From Ramlibacter sp. (GTDB taxonomy: Bacteria > Pseudomonadota > Gammaproteobacteria > Burkholderiales > Burkholderiaceae_C), in assembly GCA_028292195.1 (NCBI GenBank), contig JAQGMU010000609.1:1-61864 (forward strand): DNA of 61,864 nt, written 5' to 3'. Below are positions 1 to 9,215 of the stretch, one piece after another (position 1 is the stretch's first letter; the number at the start of each line of letters is the position of its first letter). A program made the translations under genes and the position numbers. Under the pieces are notes generated by a model. The model searched no databases. It was not told the DNA's origin and was given only the letters and a program-made list of their open reading frames with translations.

Positions 1-1086
1 GTCCCCGGCCGGAAGGCCGAGCAATTCCTGCGTGCGCGCGGCAAGGTAGGTGCTGCCGGTGCGAAGGTCCCAGTCGAACACGCCTTCGTTGGATCCCGCC
101 AGGGCGAGCGCGTAGCGCTCCTCGGACGAGCGCATTTCCTCTTCGGCCTGCATCCGCTCGGTCACGTCGGTCGTGGCGGTGCTCGTGCGCACCAGCTTGC
201 CCGTTGCATCCCGCTCGTAAAGGGTCGTCCAGTGCATCCGGCGCACCTCTCCGCGGCGGACCACGCGGGCGTCGAACTCCAGGCGCCTCGTGTTTCCTCG
301 AAGGTGCCGGTCGAGCAAGCTCAGGACGCGGTCGCGATCGTCCGGATGGAACGGGAACAGATCGAGCATCTGCTGTCGGCTGGGGCAGCCCCGTTCGGGA
401 GATATCCCCCACAGTTCGAGCAGGCGAGGGGATGCGTAGAAGACATCTTCATCGACGATCCAGTCCGCATGGCCGTCCGTGGCAGCCTCCACGGCCAGTG
501 CGTAGCGCTCTTCGGCACGACGCACTGCGGCTTCCGCTGCCTTGCGCTGCGCCTTCTCCTGCTCCAGCATCGCGTGCAGCTGCGCGTTCTGCAGCGAAAT
601 GGCGGCCTGGCACGCGAGCAGGTCGAGCGCCGCGTGACGCGCCGGCGTGAACACATGGGCCGCAAGTGCGTGCTCGAGGTACAGCACCCCCATCAGTTCT
701 CCCTGCTTCATCAGGGGCAGGCACATCACCGAACGGGGCGCCTTCCCCTGAAGGTACGGATCGTGCGAGAACGCGTTGGCCAGGGTTGCGTCGCCCAGGA
801 TGACGCAGCGGCCGGACCGTGCGGCGTGCAGGACCATCGTCGCCGGAAGATCCGTCGGCACCATGGGCCTGCCTGACGGTTGCACCACCACTGCGCCTGC
901 GCAAAGCGAGGCAACCGCCTCCAGGTGCTGTTCCGTTCCCCTTTGCAGAAGCAACGCGCCCCTTTGCGCGGCCGCGTGTTCGACCGCGACCACCAGCAGC
1001 CTTTCGACCAGCCGCGCGGTGACGATTTCGCCCGATAGCGCCTGCGTTAACTTGACGATGGCCGAAAGATCGAGTGACTCGGGCAA
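1..1086 (-). CDS. GAF + PAS/PAC sensor protein, probably a histidine kinase; runs off the left edge
   Basis: Manual translation: LPESLDLSAIVKLTQALSGEIV...SVMCLPLMKQGELMGVLYLE (GAF), then EERYALA...HPDDRDRV...DVTERMQAEE...EERYALALAGSNEGVFDWDL (PAS repeats). An in-frame TGA at 1135-1137 makes the TTG at 1086 the earliest possible start. Confidence 0.85.
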   Translation of the reverse strand, partial: MPESLDLSAIVKLTQALSGEIVTARLVERLLVVAVEHAAAQRGALLLQRGTEQHLEAVASLCAGAVVVQPSGRPMVPTDLPATMVLHAARSGRCVILGDATLANAFSHDPYLQGKAPRSVMCLPLMKQGELMGVLYLEHALAAHVFTPARHAALDLLACQAAISLQNAQLHAMLEQEKAQRKAAEAAVRRAEERYALAVEAATDGHADWIVDEDVFYASPRLLELWGISPERGCPSRQQMLDLFPFHPDDRDRVLSLLDRHLRGNTRRLEFDARVVRRGEVRRMHWTTLYERDATGKLVRTSTATTDVTERMQAEEEMRSSEERYALALAGSNEGVFDWDLRTGSTYLAARTQELLGLPAGD

Positions 1087-1182
1087 TCGCGGACTTCTCG
1101 GTAACCCATGCGGGTGGGTTGAAACATGGCGGCTTCACGGCTCCAATGAACTGCAGAACATCGCAGATCGGGGCGCCACGGA

Positions 1183-1224
1183 CAACCGGGCATCCGGTTG
1201 AAACGGTTTCAAGCATTCCTTGAA
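1183..1224. promoter_or_regulatory. Candidate LysR-binding region made of overlapping inverted repeats
   Basis: Perfect palindrome TTGAAAC-G-GTTTCAA (1198-1212, contains T-N11-A), flanked by CAACCGG-N4-CCGGTTG and TTCAAG-N5-CTTGAA, in the divergent gap upstream of the LysR gene. Confidence 0.55.
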
Positions 1225-1232
1225 GATGAGTC

Positions 1233-2201
1233 ATGGAAACTCTGGCCAACCTGGAATCGTTCGTCCGCAGCGCGGAGGCCGGAACCTTTTCGGCCGCGGC
1301 ACGGCAGCTGGGCCTGACGCCCGCCGCGGTGAGCCGCAACGTCACCATGCTGGAACGCAACCTGGGTGTGCGCCTGTTCCAGCGCAGCACCCGCCAACTG
1401 GCGCTCACCGAATGCGGCGAGCAGTTCCGATCCGAGATCGCGCTGAAGCTCGAGGGCCTGCGGGCAGCCATTACGAACGTTGCCGTAGCACGTGGCGAGC
1501 CGGCCGGGGTGCTGAAGATCAGCGCGTGCCCGGCTTTCTGCATCAAGCACATCCTGCCGATGCTGCCCGCTTTCCTGGAGAGATATCCGCGCATCCGCCT
1601 GCAATGGCATTTCGACAACCGGGTCACCAACCTGATCGCCGAAGGGTACGACGCGGCAATCGGCGGCGGCTTCGAGCTGCCCCCGGGCATGGTGGCACGG
1701 CCCCTGGCGCCGGCACATCTCATCGCGGTCGCGTCACCGTCTTACGTGAAACGGCACAAGTCGCCCGATGCCCCTGGCGATCTTGTGGCCCTCGACGGAA
1801 TCGTGATGCACTCGGACCACACGGGACGGGTCCGCCAGTGGACCATGCGCAACGGCGAAGGCGACCAGGTTCCGGCCCGCCTCGACGGGAAGATCATGGT
1901 CAACGATTCCGCGGCGATGTGCCGCTGCGCGGTTCTCGGCCTGGGGGTTGCCCTGCTCGCCGTGCCGGACGCATGGCACGAACTGCAAGACCGCAGGCTG
2001 ATGCGGCTCCTGCCCGGGTGGTACGCGGATGCCGGGGACATCTCGCTTTACTGGGCCCATCGAAAGCTGCTGGCGGCCAAGACGCGTGCCTTCATCGACC
2101 ATGTCGTTGACGTGGCCCGGCATGACTGCTGGGCCCGGCGTTTCGCTGCGGATACGGCCGTCGATGCAGGCGACCTGCGGGTCGTCAACGATGAGCCCTG
2201 A
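1233..2201 (+). CDS. LysR-family transcriptional regulator (CrgA/DmlR-like)
   Basis: N-terminal HTH FSAAARQLGLTPAAVSRNVTMLERNLGVRLFQRSTR; substrate domain NLIAEGYDAAI...KTRAFID. Confidence 0.95.
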   Translation: METLANLESFVRSAEAGTFSAAARQLGLTPAAVSRNVTMLERNLGVRLFQRSTRQLALTECGEQFRSEIALKLEGLRAAITNVAVARGEPAGVLKISACPAFCIKHILPMLPAFLERYPRIRLQWHFDNRVTNLIAEGYDAAIGGGFELPPGMVARPLAPAHLIAVASPSYVKRHKSPDAPGDLVALDGIVMHSDHTGRVRQWTMRNGEGDQVPARLDGKIMVNDSAAMCRCAVLGLGVALLAVPDAWHELQDRRLMRLLPGWYADAGDISLYWAHRKLLAAKTRAFIDHVVDVARHDCWARRFAADTAVDAGDLRVVNDEP

Positions 2202-2371
2202 AAGAAGGCAGGGCGGGCCCCTATCCGGGGGATGGATGGGACAGCGATTTCGACGCAAGCTCCCACCACCCCATCCCCTGACACGAAGACCCGAATGCGA
2301 AGCAAAGTTTACCCCCTGCACCGAAGCCGCCACGACCTCCGTCGAGCCGGCCGGCCAACCGCACTGACGGC

Positions 2372-2764
2372 ATGAGGAGCGTCGTGGTCAATTCGGATGC
2401 TTCAGGCCATTTGCAGACGATCGCCATCGGTCCGCACCGGCTCAGGGCCGATGAGCCGGCGGATGCGGGCGGCGCCGACGAGGGCCCGAGTCCTCCCGAG
2501 CTCCTGCTCGCCGCGCTGGGGGCCTGCAAGGGCCTCACCGTGCGCATGTATGCCGAGCGCAAGCAATGGCCGCTCGATGCGGTACGGGTCACCCTCGTGC
2601 GTTCGCAGGCCGAAGGCGTCGAGCAGATCGACGTGGCCCTCTCGTTCGTCGGCGAGCTGTCCGAAGCGCAGCGCCGCCGTCTCCTGGAGATCGCCGAGCA
2701 CTGCCCGGTCCATCGCATGCTGGTCTCCGACATACGCATCCGCTCGCGCTTCGAGCCGCAATGA
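2372..2764 (+). CDS. OsmC/Ohr-family protein (YhfA-like)
   Basis: ADEP..GG.D.GPSPPELLLAALGAC and AEHCPVHR, giving the two conserved Cys. Confidence 0.9.
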   Translation: MRSVVVNSDASGHLQTIAIGPHRLRADEPADAGGADEGPSPPELLLAALGACKGLTVRMYAERKQWPLDAVRVTLVRSQAEGVEQIDVALSFVGELSEAQRRRLLEIAEHCPVHRMLVSDIRIRSRFEPQ

Positions 2765-2830
2765 GTCCGCCTCGGCCGAAGCTTCCTGTTCGAACGAAAC
2801 CCACTGATTTGAAGCCGAAGGAGCAAGCAC

Positions 2831-3637
2831 ATGGCAACTGCAGCAGCAGCGATGGACGAGATCGTCACGGAACGCTCCGGGCGCATTCTGCGCGTCGAGT
2901 TGAACCGTCCGGCAAGGAAGAACGCGATGACCGGCAGGATGTACGCGAGGCTCGCGCAGATCCTGGAGCAGGCCGCCAGCGACGCTGACACGCGTGTCGT
3001 GCTGCTCCACGGCGCGGGCGATTGCTTCTCCGCCGGCAACGACATCGAGGACTTCCTGAAGAATCCCCCCGGGCCGGGAGGGTCGCCGCAGGCGCAGCTG
3101 ATGAATGCGCTCGTCGATTTCGACAAGCCGCTGATTGCCGCCGTGCACGGCGCCGCCATCGGCGGCGGGACCACCATGCTGCTGCACGCCGACTTCGTCT
3201 ACGCCGGAGAGAGCGCGAGCTTCCGGATGCCTTTCATCGACCTCGCGCTGGTGCCGGAATTCGGTTCGAGCTTCTCACTTCCGGCAAGGCTCGGCCACGT
3301 CCGCGCCGCGGAGTTGATCCTGCTGGGCGTGCCTTTCGGTGCGCGGCGGGCGGCGGACCTGGGAATCGTGACCCAGGTCGTGGCCGACCAGGCCCTGCTC
3401 ACGACCGCGCTGGAAACGGCGCAGAAGCTGGCCGCGAAGCCGGCCGGCGCGCTCCAGGCCGGCAAGAGACTCCTGAAGCAGGCGTTTCGCGAGCAGACCA
3501 GGGCGGCCGTGAAGGCCGAGAACGAAGTGTTCAGCGCGCAGGTCCGGTCCGACGACGCCCGGGAAGCGCTTGCCGCCTTCCTGCAGAAACGCCGGCCCGA
3601 CTTCGGCAAGACCACGCCATCCGCAACGCCCGCGTGA
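2831..3637 (+). CDS. Crotonase-family enzyme, probable delta3,delta2-enoyl-CoA isomerase type
   Basis: FSAGND; GGGTTMLLHAD (no first Glu); PFIDLALVPEFGSS; SD AAGGAG. Confidence 0.88.
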   Translation: MATAAAAMDEIVTERSGRILRVELNRPARKNAMTGRMYARLAQILEQAASDADTRVVLLHGAGDCFSAGNDIEDFLKNPPGPGGSPQAQLMNALVDFDKPLIAAVHGAAIGGGTTMLLHADFVYAGESASFRMPFIDLALVPEFGSSFSLPARLGHVRAAELILLGVPFGARRAADLGIVTQVVADQALLTTALETAQKLAAKPAGALQAGKRLLKQAFREQTRAAVKAENEVFSAQVRSDDAREALAAFLQKRRPDFGKTTPSATPA

Positions 3638-3672
3638 GCGACGCGGCTCCCCCAAATTCCACGGAGGTCAAC

Positions 3673-4902
3673 ATGAGCGACAACATCTTCTCCGGACTCA
3701 AGGTGGTGGACCTCGCGAGCTTCATCGCGGGACCGAACGCCGCCGTGATCCTGTCCGATTTCGGCGCCGACGTGATCAAGGTCGAGCCGCCGGCCGGGGA
3801 TCCCTGGAGACACGCGCACCAGATGCCGCCGCAGCCGGTGGCCGAGGAGGCGTATCCCTGGCATCTCGTCAACCGCAACAAGCGCGGCATGACGCTCGAC
3901 CTGAAGTCCTCGAGCGCGCGGCAGGTCGTCGAGCGGCTCGTGCAATGGGCGGACGTGCTCATCGTCAATACGCCGCATCCGGCACGCAAGCGCCTGCGGC
4001 TCGAGTACGACGACGTGGCGCATCTGAACGCGCGCCTGGTCTACGCGGATCTCACCGGCTTCGGCGCCAAGGGCCCCGATGCCGACCTGCCGGGCTTCGA
4101 CCTCACGTCGTACTGGGCGCGCAGCGGCCTGCTCTCGCAGACGCGCGACGCCGGCGCGCCGCCGACCTGGCCGGTGGCCGGCAGCGGCGACAACGCGACC
4201 GCCGTCGGAATCTACTCGGCGATCGTGACCGCGCTTTATTGCCGCGAACGCACCGGCAAGGGTTCCTACGTGAGCACCTCGCTGCTCGCCGAAGGCATCT
4301 GGGCGGCGAGCGTTTCGATCCAGGCCGCGCTGAGCGGGGCCAAGTTCTACGGCCTGCACGATCGCATGAACCCGGCGAATGCGGCGATGAACGTGTACCA
4401 GGCTGCCGACGGTACCTGGTTCGTCCTGCTCGTCACCTCGGACAAGCTGGCCGCCGTGGCGAAAGCGATCGGCCGCCCGGACCTGCTGACGGATCCCCGG
4501 TTTTCCGAGCCGGCAAAGCTGATGGCCAACAGGCCGCAGCTCTCGGCCATCCTGGACGAAATCTTCCGCGCCCAGCCGATGCCGCACTGGCACCAGGTCT
4601 TCAGCGGCATCCACGTCACGTTCGGCGCCGTCCGCGCACCGCAGGAGGTGATCGATGATCCGCAGCTGCGCGCGAATGACATCGTCGTTCCGCTCGCAGG
4701 CGCCGGCGACAAGCTGTCCCTGACGATCAGCAGCCCGATCCAGGTGCATGGGGTGGCGAAGGTGCCGGCACGACGCGCGCCGGAGCTCGGCGAGCACAAC
4801 GAGCAGGTGCTGAAGGAACTCGGATTCAGCGCCGCCGACATCGCCGGCTTGCACGCGAATGGCGCCATCGCGGGCCCGAAGCAGGCTTCGCCGGCGCCAT
4901 GA
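3673..4902 (+). CDS. CaiB/BaiF (family III) CoA transferase
   Basis: VVDLASFIAGP, DFGADVIKVEPP.GD, NRNKRG, catalytic Asp in GSGDNAT, APELGEHN; SD GGAGG before ATG 3673. Confidence 0.95.
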   Translation: MSDNIFSGLKVVDLASFIAGPNAAVILSDFGADVIKVEPPAGDPWRHAHQMPPQPVAEEAYPWHLVNRNKRGMTLDLKSSSARQVVERLVQWADVLIVNTPHPARKRLRLEYDDVAHLNARLVYADLTGFGAKGPDADLPGFDLTSYWARSGLLSQTRDAGAPPTWPVAGSGDNATAVGIYSAIVTALYCRERTGKGSYVSTSLLAEGIWAASVSIQAALSGAKFYGLHDRMNPANAAMNVYQAADGTWFVLLVTSDKLAAVAKAIGRPDLLTDPRFSEPAKLMANRPQLSAILDEIFRAQPMPHWHQVFSGIHVTFGAVRAPQEVIDDPQLRANDIVVPLAGAGDKLSLTISSPIQVHGVAKVPARRAPELGEHNEQVLKELGFSAADIAGLHANGAIAGPKQASPAP

Positions 4903-4943
4903 CCGCGTCACCACCCCATCGTCGCACATCGAAAGGAAAGCAC

Positions 4944-5825
4944 ATGTCCAGCCGTTTGTTCATTCTCGACCTGGCCGAGGGCCGCGTGTTCTCGGTCCAG
5001 CCGGACGGGACCGACAAGAAGATCATCGCCATCGGCGGGCGCCGGCCCGACGGCGTCGCCGTCGACGCCGAGGCCGGGCACATCTATTGGACCAACATGG
5101 GCGACCCGAGCCGCAACGACGGCTCGATCGAGCGGTGCGGCCTCGATGGCAGCAACCGCACCACCATCATTCCCGAGGGCGCGACGTTCACGCCCAAGCA
5201 GCTCCAGATCGACCGGCGCGGCGGCAAGCTTTACTGGTGCGACCGCGAGGGCATGCGGGTGATGCGCGCCAACCTCGACGGCTCGGACATCGAAACGCTG
5301 GTGCAGACCGGCGCGACCGACGCGGACCGCCGCGACGCGACGAACTGGTGCGTCGGCATCGCGCTCGACCCCGGGCGCGGCCAGATCTACTGGACGCAGA
5401 AGGGCCCCGACAACGCCGGGAAAGGCCGCATCTTCCGCGCCGGCATCGAGCTTCCGAAAGGCGAGACCGCGGCGAAGCGCAGCGACATCGAGGTGCTGCA
5501 CGACGGCCTGCCCGAGCCGATCGACCTCGAGATCGATCACGCGAAGCGCATCCTCTACTGGACCGACCGCGGCGATCCGCCCCTCGGGAACACGGTGGCC
5601 CGCGCGTACCTCGACGCCGGGCGCGACGGCGGCACCGCGCCCCAGATCGTCTTCAGGAATCTCATGGAAGGCATCGGCATCGCACTCGATGGCGCGGGCG
5701 ACCGCATGTTCATGACCGATCTCGCCGGCTCGGTCTACGTCGCCAGCCTCGACGGCTCCCATCCTTCGGTGCTGCTCATGACCCAGGGCAATCTCTCCGG
5801 GATCGCCTACGCCAACCTGTCATGA
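4944..5825 (+). CDS. YWTD (LDL-receptor class B-like) six-bladed beta-propeller protein, no signal peptide
   Basis: Blade motifs LFILD, IYWTN, LYWCD, IYWTQ, LYWTD, MFMTD, preceded by P-x-G/D-[IVL]-x-[VIL]-D-like motifs; SD AAGGA. Confidence 0.85.
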   Translation: MSSRLFILDLAEGRVFSVQPDGTDKKIIAIGGRRPDGVAVDAEAGHIYWTNMGDPSRNDGSIERCGLDGSNRTTIIPEGATFTPKQLQIDRRGGKLYWCDREGMRVMRANLDGSDIETLVQTGATDADRRDATNWCVGIALDPGRGQIYWTQKGPDNAGKGRIFRAGIELPKGETAAKRSDIEVLHDGLPEPIDLEIDHAKRILYWTDRGDPPLGNTVARAYLDAGRDGGTAPQIVFRNLMEGIGIALDGAGDRMFMTDLAGSVYVASLDGSHPSVLLMTQGNLSGIAYANLS

Positions 5826-5829
5826 AGAG

Positions 5830-5849
5830 AGCACCGCGCAGGCGGTGCT
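5830..5849. terminator. Hairpin between convergent operons
   Basis: AGCACCGC-GCAG-GCGGTGCT, 8-bp stem just after the stop at 5825; weak U-tract. Confidence 0.5.
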
Positions 5850-5873
5850 TGCGGCTGAACCGGTGAATTCGGC

Positions 5874-6659
5874 TCATCGGCCGCTGAAGCGCGGGGGCCG
5901 GCGCTCCAGGAAGGCCGTGGTGCCCTCGCGCTTGTCCTCGGTGCCGGCGCACAGCGCGAAGGAGACGCTCTCGAGGGCCAGGCCCTGCGCCTGGCCGGCG
6001 TCCAGCCCGTGGTTGACGGCTTCCATGGCCAGGCGAACGGCCAGCGGCGCGTTGGCGATGATCCGCAGCAGGATTTCCTCGGCGCGCGTCATGAGCCGCG
6101 CCGGTTCGACCACCTCGTTCACCAGCCCGATGCGGTGCGCCTCGCGGGCATCAATGTTTTCCGCAGTCAGGATGATCTGCATGGCAGGGCCCTTGCCCAC
6201 CAGGCGGGGCAGCCGCTGAGTGCCGCCGAATCCCGGCATCACGCCGAGCTTCACCTCGGGCTGCCCGAAGCTGGCGTTCTCCGCAGCGATGCGCAGCGTG
6301 CAGGCCATGGCCAGCTCGCAGCCGCCGCCCAGCGCGTAGCCGTTGACGGCGGCGATCACGGGCTTGCCCAGGGTTTCCACGAGATCGAAAACGGCTTGGC
6401 CGTGCCGCGTGAACGCTTGCGCCTCCTGAGGGGATGCCGAGGCGATCTCTGTGATGTCGGCACCTGCGACGAAGGCCTTGCCTCCCGCGCCGGTCACGAT
6501 GACCCCGTGCACGGAAGGATCGCTCGCCGCGTCCTGCATTGCCCGCTGGATCTCCGCCAGCGTGGCCTGGTTCAGCGCATTCAGCGCCTTGGGGCGGTCG
6601 ATCGTCAGGGTCGCGATCGCGCCGCTCTTGCGATAGCTCAGGTTCTCGAAGTCAGGCAT
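5874..6659 (-). CDS. Enoyl-CoA hydratase (crotonase)
   Basis: FVAGADI, GGGCELA and FGQPEVKLG (both catalytic Glu present); start MPDFENL after SD GGAG. Confidence 0.93.
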   Translation of the reverse strand: MPDFENLSYRKSGAIATLTIDRPKALNALNQATLAEIQRAMQDAASDPSVHGVIVTGAGGKAFVAGADITEIASASPQEAQAFTRHGQAVFDLVETLGKPVIAAVNGYALGGGCELAMACTLRIAAENASFGQPEVKLGVMPGFGGTQRLPRLVGKGPAMQIILTAENIDAREAHRIGLVNEVVEPARLMTRAEEILLRIIANAPLAVRLAMEAVNHGLDAGQAQGLALESVSFALCAGTEDKREGTTAFLERRPPRFSGR

Positions 6660-6676
6660 CGGGGTCTCCAGGGTTC

Positions 6677-7945
6677 TCAAGGGTTGGATGGGGTTTCGGG
6701 GATCAGCCTGGAGCTGCGCTGGCCGCTCAGGTATGACCACAGCCACTGGATCTGCACACGGAGGCGGTTCTGCACCTGCGGCAGGAAGGCGACGTGCAGC
6801 ACGGCCCAGAGGAACCAGGTCGCGATGCCGCTGGTGCGCCAGCGGCCGCGCTGCAGGACGGCGAAGTTCTTGCCGACGACGGCCATGTTTCCGCGGTCGC
6901 TGTAGCGGAAGGGCGGGGTCCCGGCACGCGACTCGCGAATCCGGGCCGCGATGGCGCGGCCCGCATGCCGTCCCTGCTGGATCGCGGCCTGGGCCACGCC
7001 GGGAACGGGATGTCCGTCCTGCATCACGCTGGCGGCGTCGCCGACCACGAAGACGTTCTCGTCATCCGCAAGATGCAGGCCCGGCTCGACGCAGGCCCGG
7101 CCCGCGCGGTCGGTCTTCGTCTCGAGCATGGCGACCAGCGGCGAGGCCTGCACGCCGGCGGTCCACAGCACGGTCGCCGCTTCGATGCGTTCCCCGCCCG
7201 CGAGCACGCCCTGGGCGTCGACCGCGTCCACCCGCGTGCCGGTGCGGACCTCGACGCCGAGCGCCTCCAGCCGCGCGACCGTCTTGCGCGCCAGCGACTC
7301 GTCGAACGATGCCAGCGCGCGCGGCCCCGCTTCGACCAGGACGATGCGCGTGGCGGCGGGGTCGATGCGGCGGAAATTGCGCTGCAGCGTGACGCGTGCC
7401 ATCTGGGCCATCGATGCGGCAAGCTCGACGCCGGTCGGGCCGGCGCCGACCAGCACGAAGGTCATCGCCCGACTGCGCTCCACTATGCAGTCTGCCTGCT
7501 CGGCGCGCTCGTAGGCCGACAGGATGCGGGCGCGGATGGCCTCGGCATCCGCCAGCGTCTTGAGGCTGGGCGCGTGGGCGGCGAACTCATCGTGCCCGAA
7601 GTAGCTTGCCCGCACGCCGGTGGCCACCACCAGGTAGTCGAAGCGGATCGTGCGCTGCGCCATGCCGGCGGGCGTGACCACGAGCGTGCCCGCGTGCCGG
7701 TCTACCGCGCTGACCTCGCCCAGCATGACCGACAGGTTGTCCTGCCGCTCGGCCAGCTGCCGCAGCGGCGAGGCGATGTCGGCTGGTGCCAGCACCGCGG
7801 TGGCCACCTGGTACAGCAGCGGCTGGAAGATGTGATGGTTGCGGCGGTCGATCAGGAGGACGTCCGCCTGGCAAGCGCGAAGTTCGCGCGCCGCGGCGAC
7901 GCCGGCAAACCCGCCGCCGAGGATGACCGCGCGTGGAGGCGTCAT
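6677..7945 (-). CDS. ndh: Type II NADH dehydrogenase-like FAD oxidoreductase
   Basis: GGGFAG, NHHIFQPLLYQVAT, VGAGPTGVELA, WTAGV, VFVVGDAA, PGVAQAAIQQG, FRYSDRGNMA. Confidence 0.9.
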   Translation of the reverse strand: MTPPRAVILGGGFAGVAAARELRACQADVLLIDRRNHHIFQPLLYQVATAVLAPADIASPLRQLAERQDNLSVMLGEVSAVDRHAGTLVVTPAGMAQRTIRFDYLVVATGVRASYFGHDEFAAHAPSLKTLADAEAIRARILSAYERAEQADCIVERSRAMTFVLVGAGPTGVELAASMAQMARVTLQRNFRRIDPAATRIVLVEAGPRALASFDESLARKTVARLEALGVEVRTGTRVDAVDAQGVLAGGERIEAATVLWTAGVQASPLVAMLETKTDRAGRACVEPGLHLADDENVFVVGDAASVMQDGHPVPGVAQAAIQQGRHAGRAIAARIRESRAGTPPFRYSDRGNMAVVGKNFAVLQRGRWRTSGIATWFLWAVLHVAFLPQVQNRLRVQIQWLWSYLSGQRSSRLIPETPSNP

Positions 7946-7956
7946 GCTTGCCTGCC

Positions 7957-8889
7957 TCACGTGCGGGCGCGAACCGCGAGCAGCCCGAGCAGGTCCTCGT
8001 CGCGTTGGGCGGCCAGTTCGTCCAGCGAGCGCGGGCCGGCTTCCTCCAGCACGCCGGCCACGATCCTGCTGCGCAGCTCCGGCGTGATCTCGGGCGACCC
8101 GAGCACTTTCCACCAGGCGGTCATCGGTCCGGTGAACTGGTCGAAGAAGTGCTCGATGCCGCCCGCGCCGCCGGCCAGGTGGTACAGCAGGTTGGGCCCC
8201 ATCACGCCCCAGCGCAGGCCCGGCCCCCAGCACACTGCGGCGTCGGCGTCGCTCACGCTCACGACGCCGCTGGCGACCAGGTGAACGACCTCGCGCCACA
8301 GCGCGGCCTGTAGTCGGTTGGCCACGTGCCCGGGCACTTCCTTGTGCAGGCGGATCGTGCGCTTGCCGAGCGCCGCGTAGAACTCGGTCACCCGGCCGAT
8401 GGTGTCTTCGGAAGTCTTCGCTCCACCCACGATCTCCACCAGCGGGATCAGGTGCGGCGGATTGAACGGGTGCCCGATCACGCAGCGCTCGGGATGCGCG
8501 GGGCAGGCCGACTGGATCTCGCTCATCGTCAGGCCGGAGGAACTCGAAGCGATGATGACTTCGGGCCGCAGCAGCGCGTCGAGCGTGCCGTAGAGGTCGC
8601 GCTTGAAGTCGATGCGCTCGGGGCCGTTCTCCTGCACCAGGTCGGCAGCGGCTACCGCCGAGGCCAGGTCGGCCGTGAAGGACAGTCGGCCTGCGGCCAT
8701 CGGCGACTGGGCGGCGAGGCGCTGCAGCGCCGGCGCTGCCTTTTGAACGTACGCGCGCAGGCGCTCTTCGGCGCCCGGGGCGACGTCGGTGGCCGTCACG
8801 TCCAGGCCGTGCGCCAGGAACAGGGCCGTCCAGCTGGCGCCGATCACACCGGTGCCGATCACGGCGACGTGCTTGATGGGATTCTTCAC
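7957..8889 (-). CDS. 3-hydroxyacyl-CoA dehydrogenase family protein (carnitine dehydrogenase/lambda-crystallin-like)
   Basis: GTGVIGASW, VQENGPE, ASSSSG, GHPFNPPHLIPLVE, GHVANRLQAALWRE, GPGLRW; GTG start with SD AAGGAG. Confidence 0.93.
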   Translation of the reverse strand: MKNPIKHVAVIGTGVIGASWTALFLAHGLDVTATDVAPGAEERLRAYVQKAAPALQRLAAQSPMAAGRLSFTADLASAVAAADLVQENGPERIDFKRDLYGTLDALLRPEVIIASSSSGLTMSEIQSACPAHPERCVIGHPFNPPHLIPLVEIVGGAKTSEDTIGRVTEFYAALGKRTIRLHKEVPGHVANRLQAALWREVVHLVASGVVSVSDADAAVCWGPGLRWGVMGPNLLYHLAGGAGGIEHFFDQFTGPMTAWWKVLGSPEITPELRSRIVAGVLEEAGPRSLDELAAQRDEDLLGLLAVRART

Positions 8890-8916
8890 GGAGAGTGCTC
8901 CTTCAAAACGGATGAA

Positions 8917-9215
8917 TCACGAGAAAGTGCTGAAACCGGTGAACGCCTTGCCGACGTCGGCCGCTTCGTCGCCGAGAAGGTGGAAACCGAGGCATCGATG
9001 CGCGCGAGCTCCATCACCACGAAGCCCATCAGCGTCGTGCTCTTGCCCGGGCAGCCGTAGCCCTGGTGCGGAGGACCGGCAATGCCCAGCGTCCTGAAGT
9101 CGCACAGCGTCTCGAACGGGAAATTCGTCGCGCTCCCAGTAGTCGTTGATGATCGGCTCGACCTCGCTTTCCATGAAGAAGGCTTGATCGTCGCGGGCGG
9201 TGTCATGGTCGCCAT
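8917..9215 (-). pseudogene. Internally deleted, frameshifted acyl-CoA dehydrogenase (glutaryl-CoA dehydrogenase-like) remnant
   Basis: SD GGAGG + ATG 9215. Fragments in alternating frames: FMESEVEPIINDYWERDEFP / FPFE...GIAG...QGYGCPGKSTTLMGFVVMELARIDASVSTF / VGKAFTGFSTFS-stop. About 300 bp against roughly 1.2 kb for an intact gene. Confidence 0.78.
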
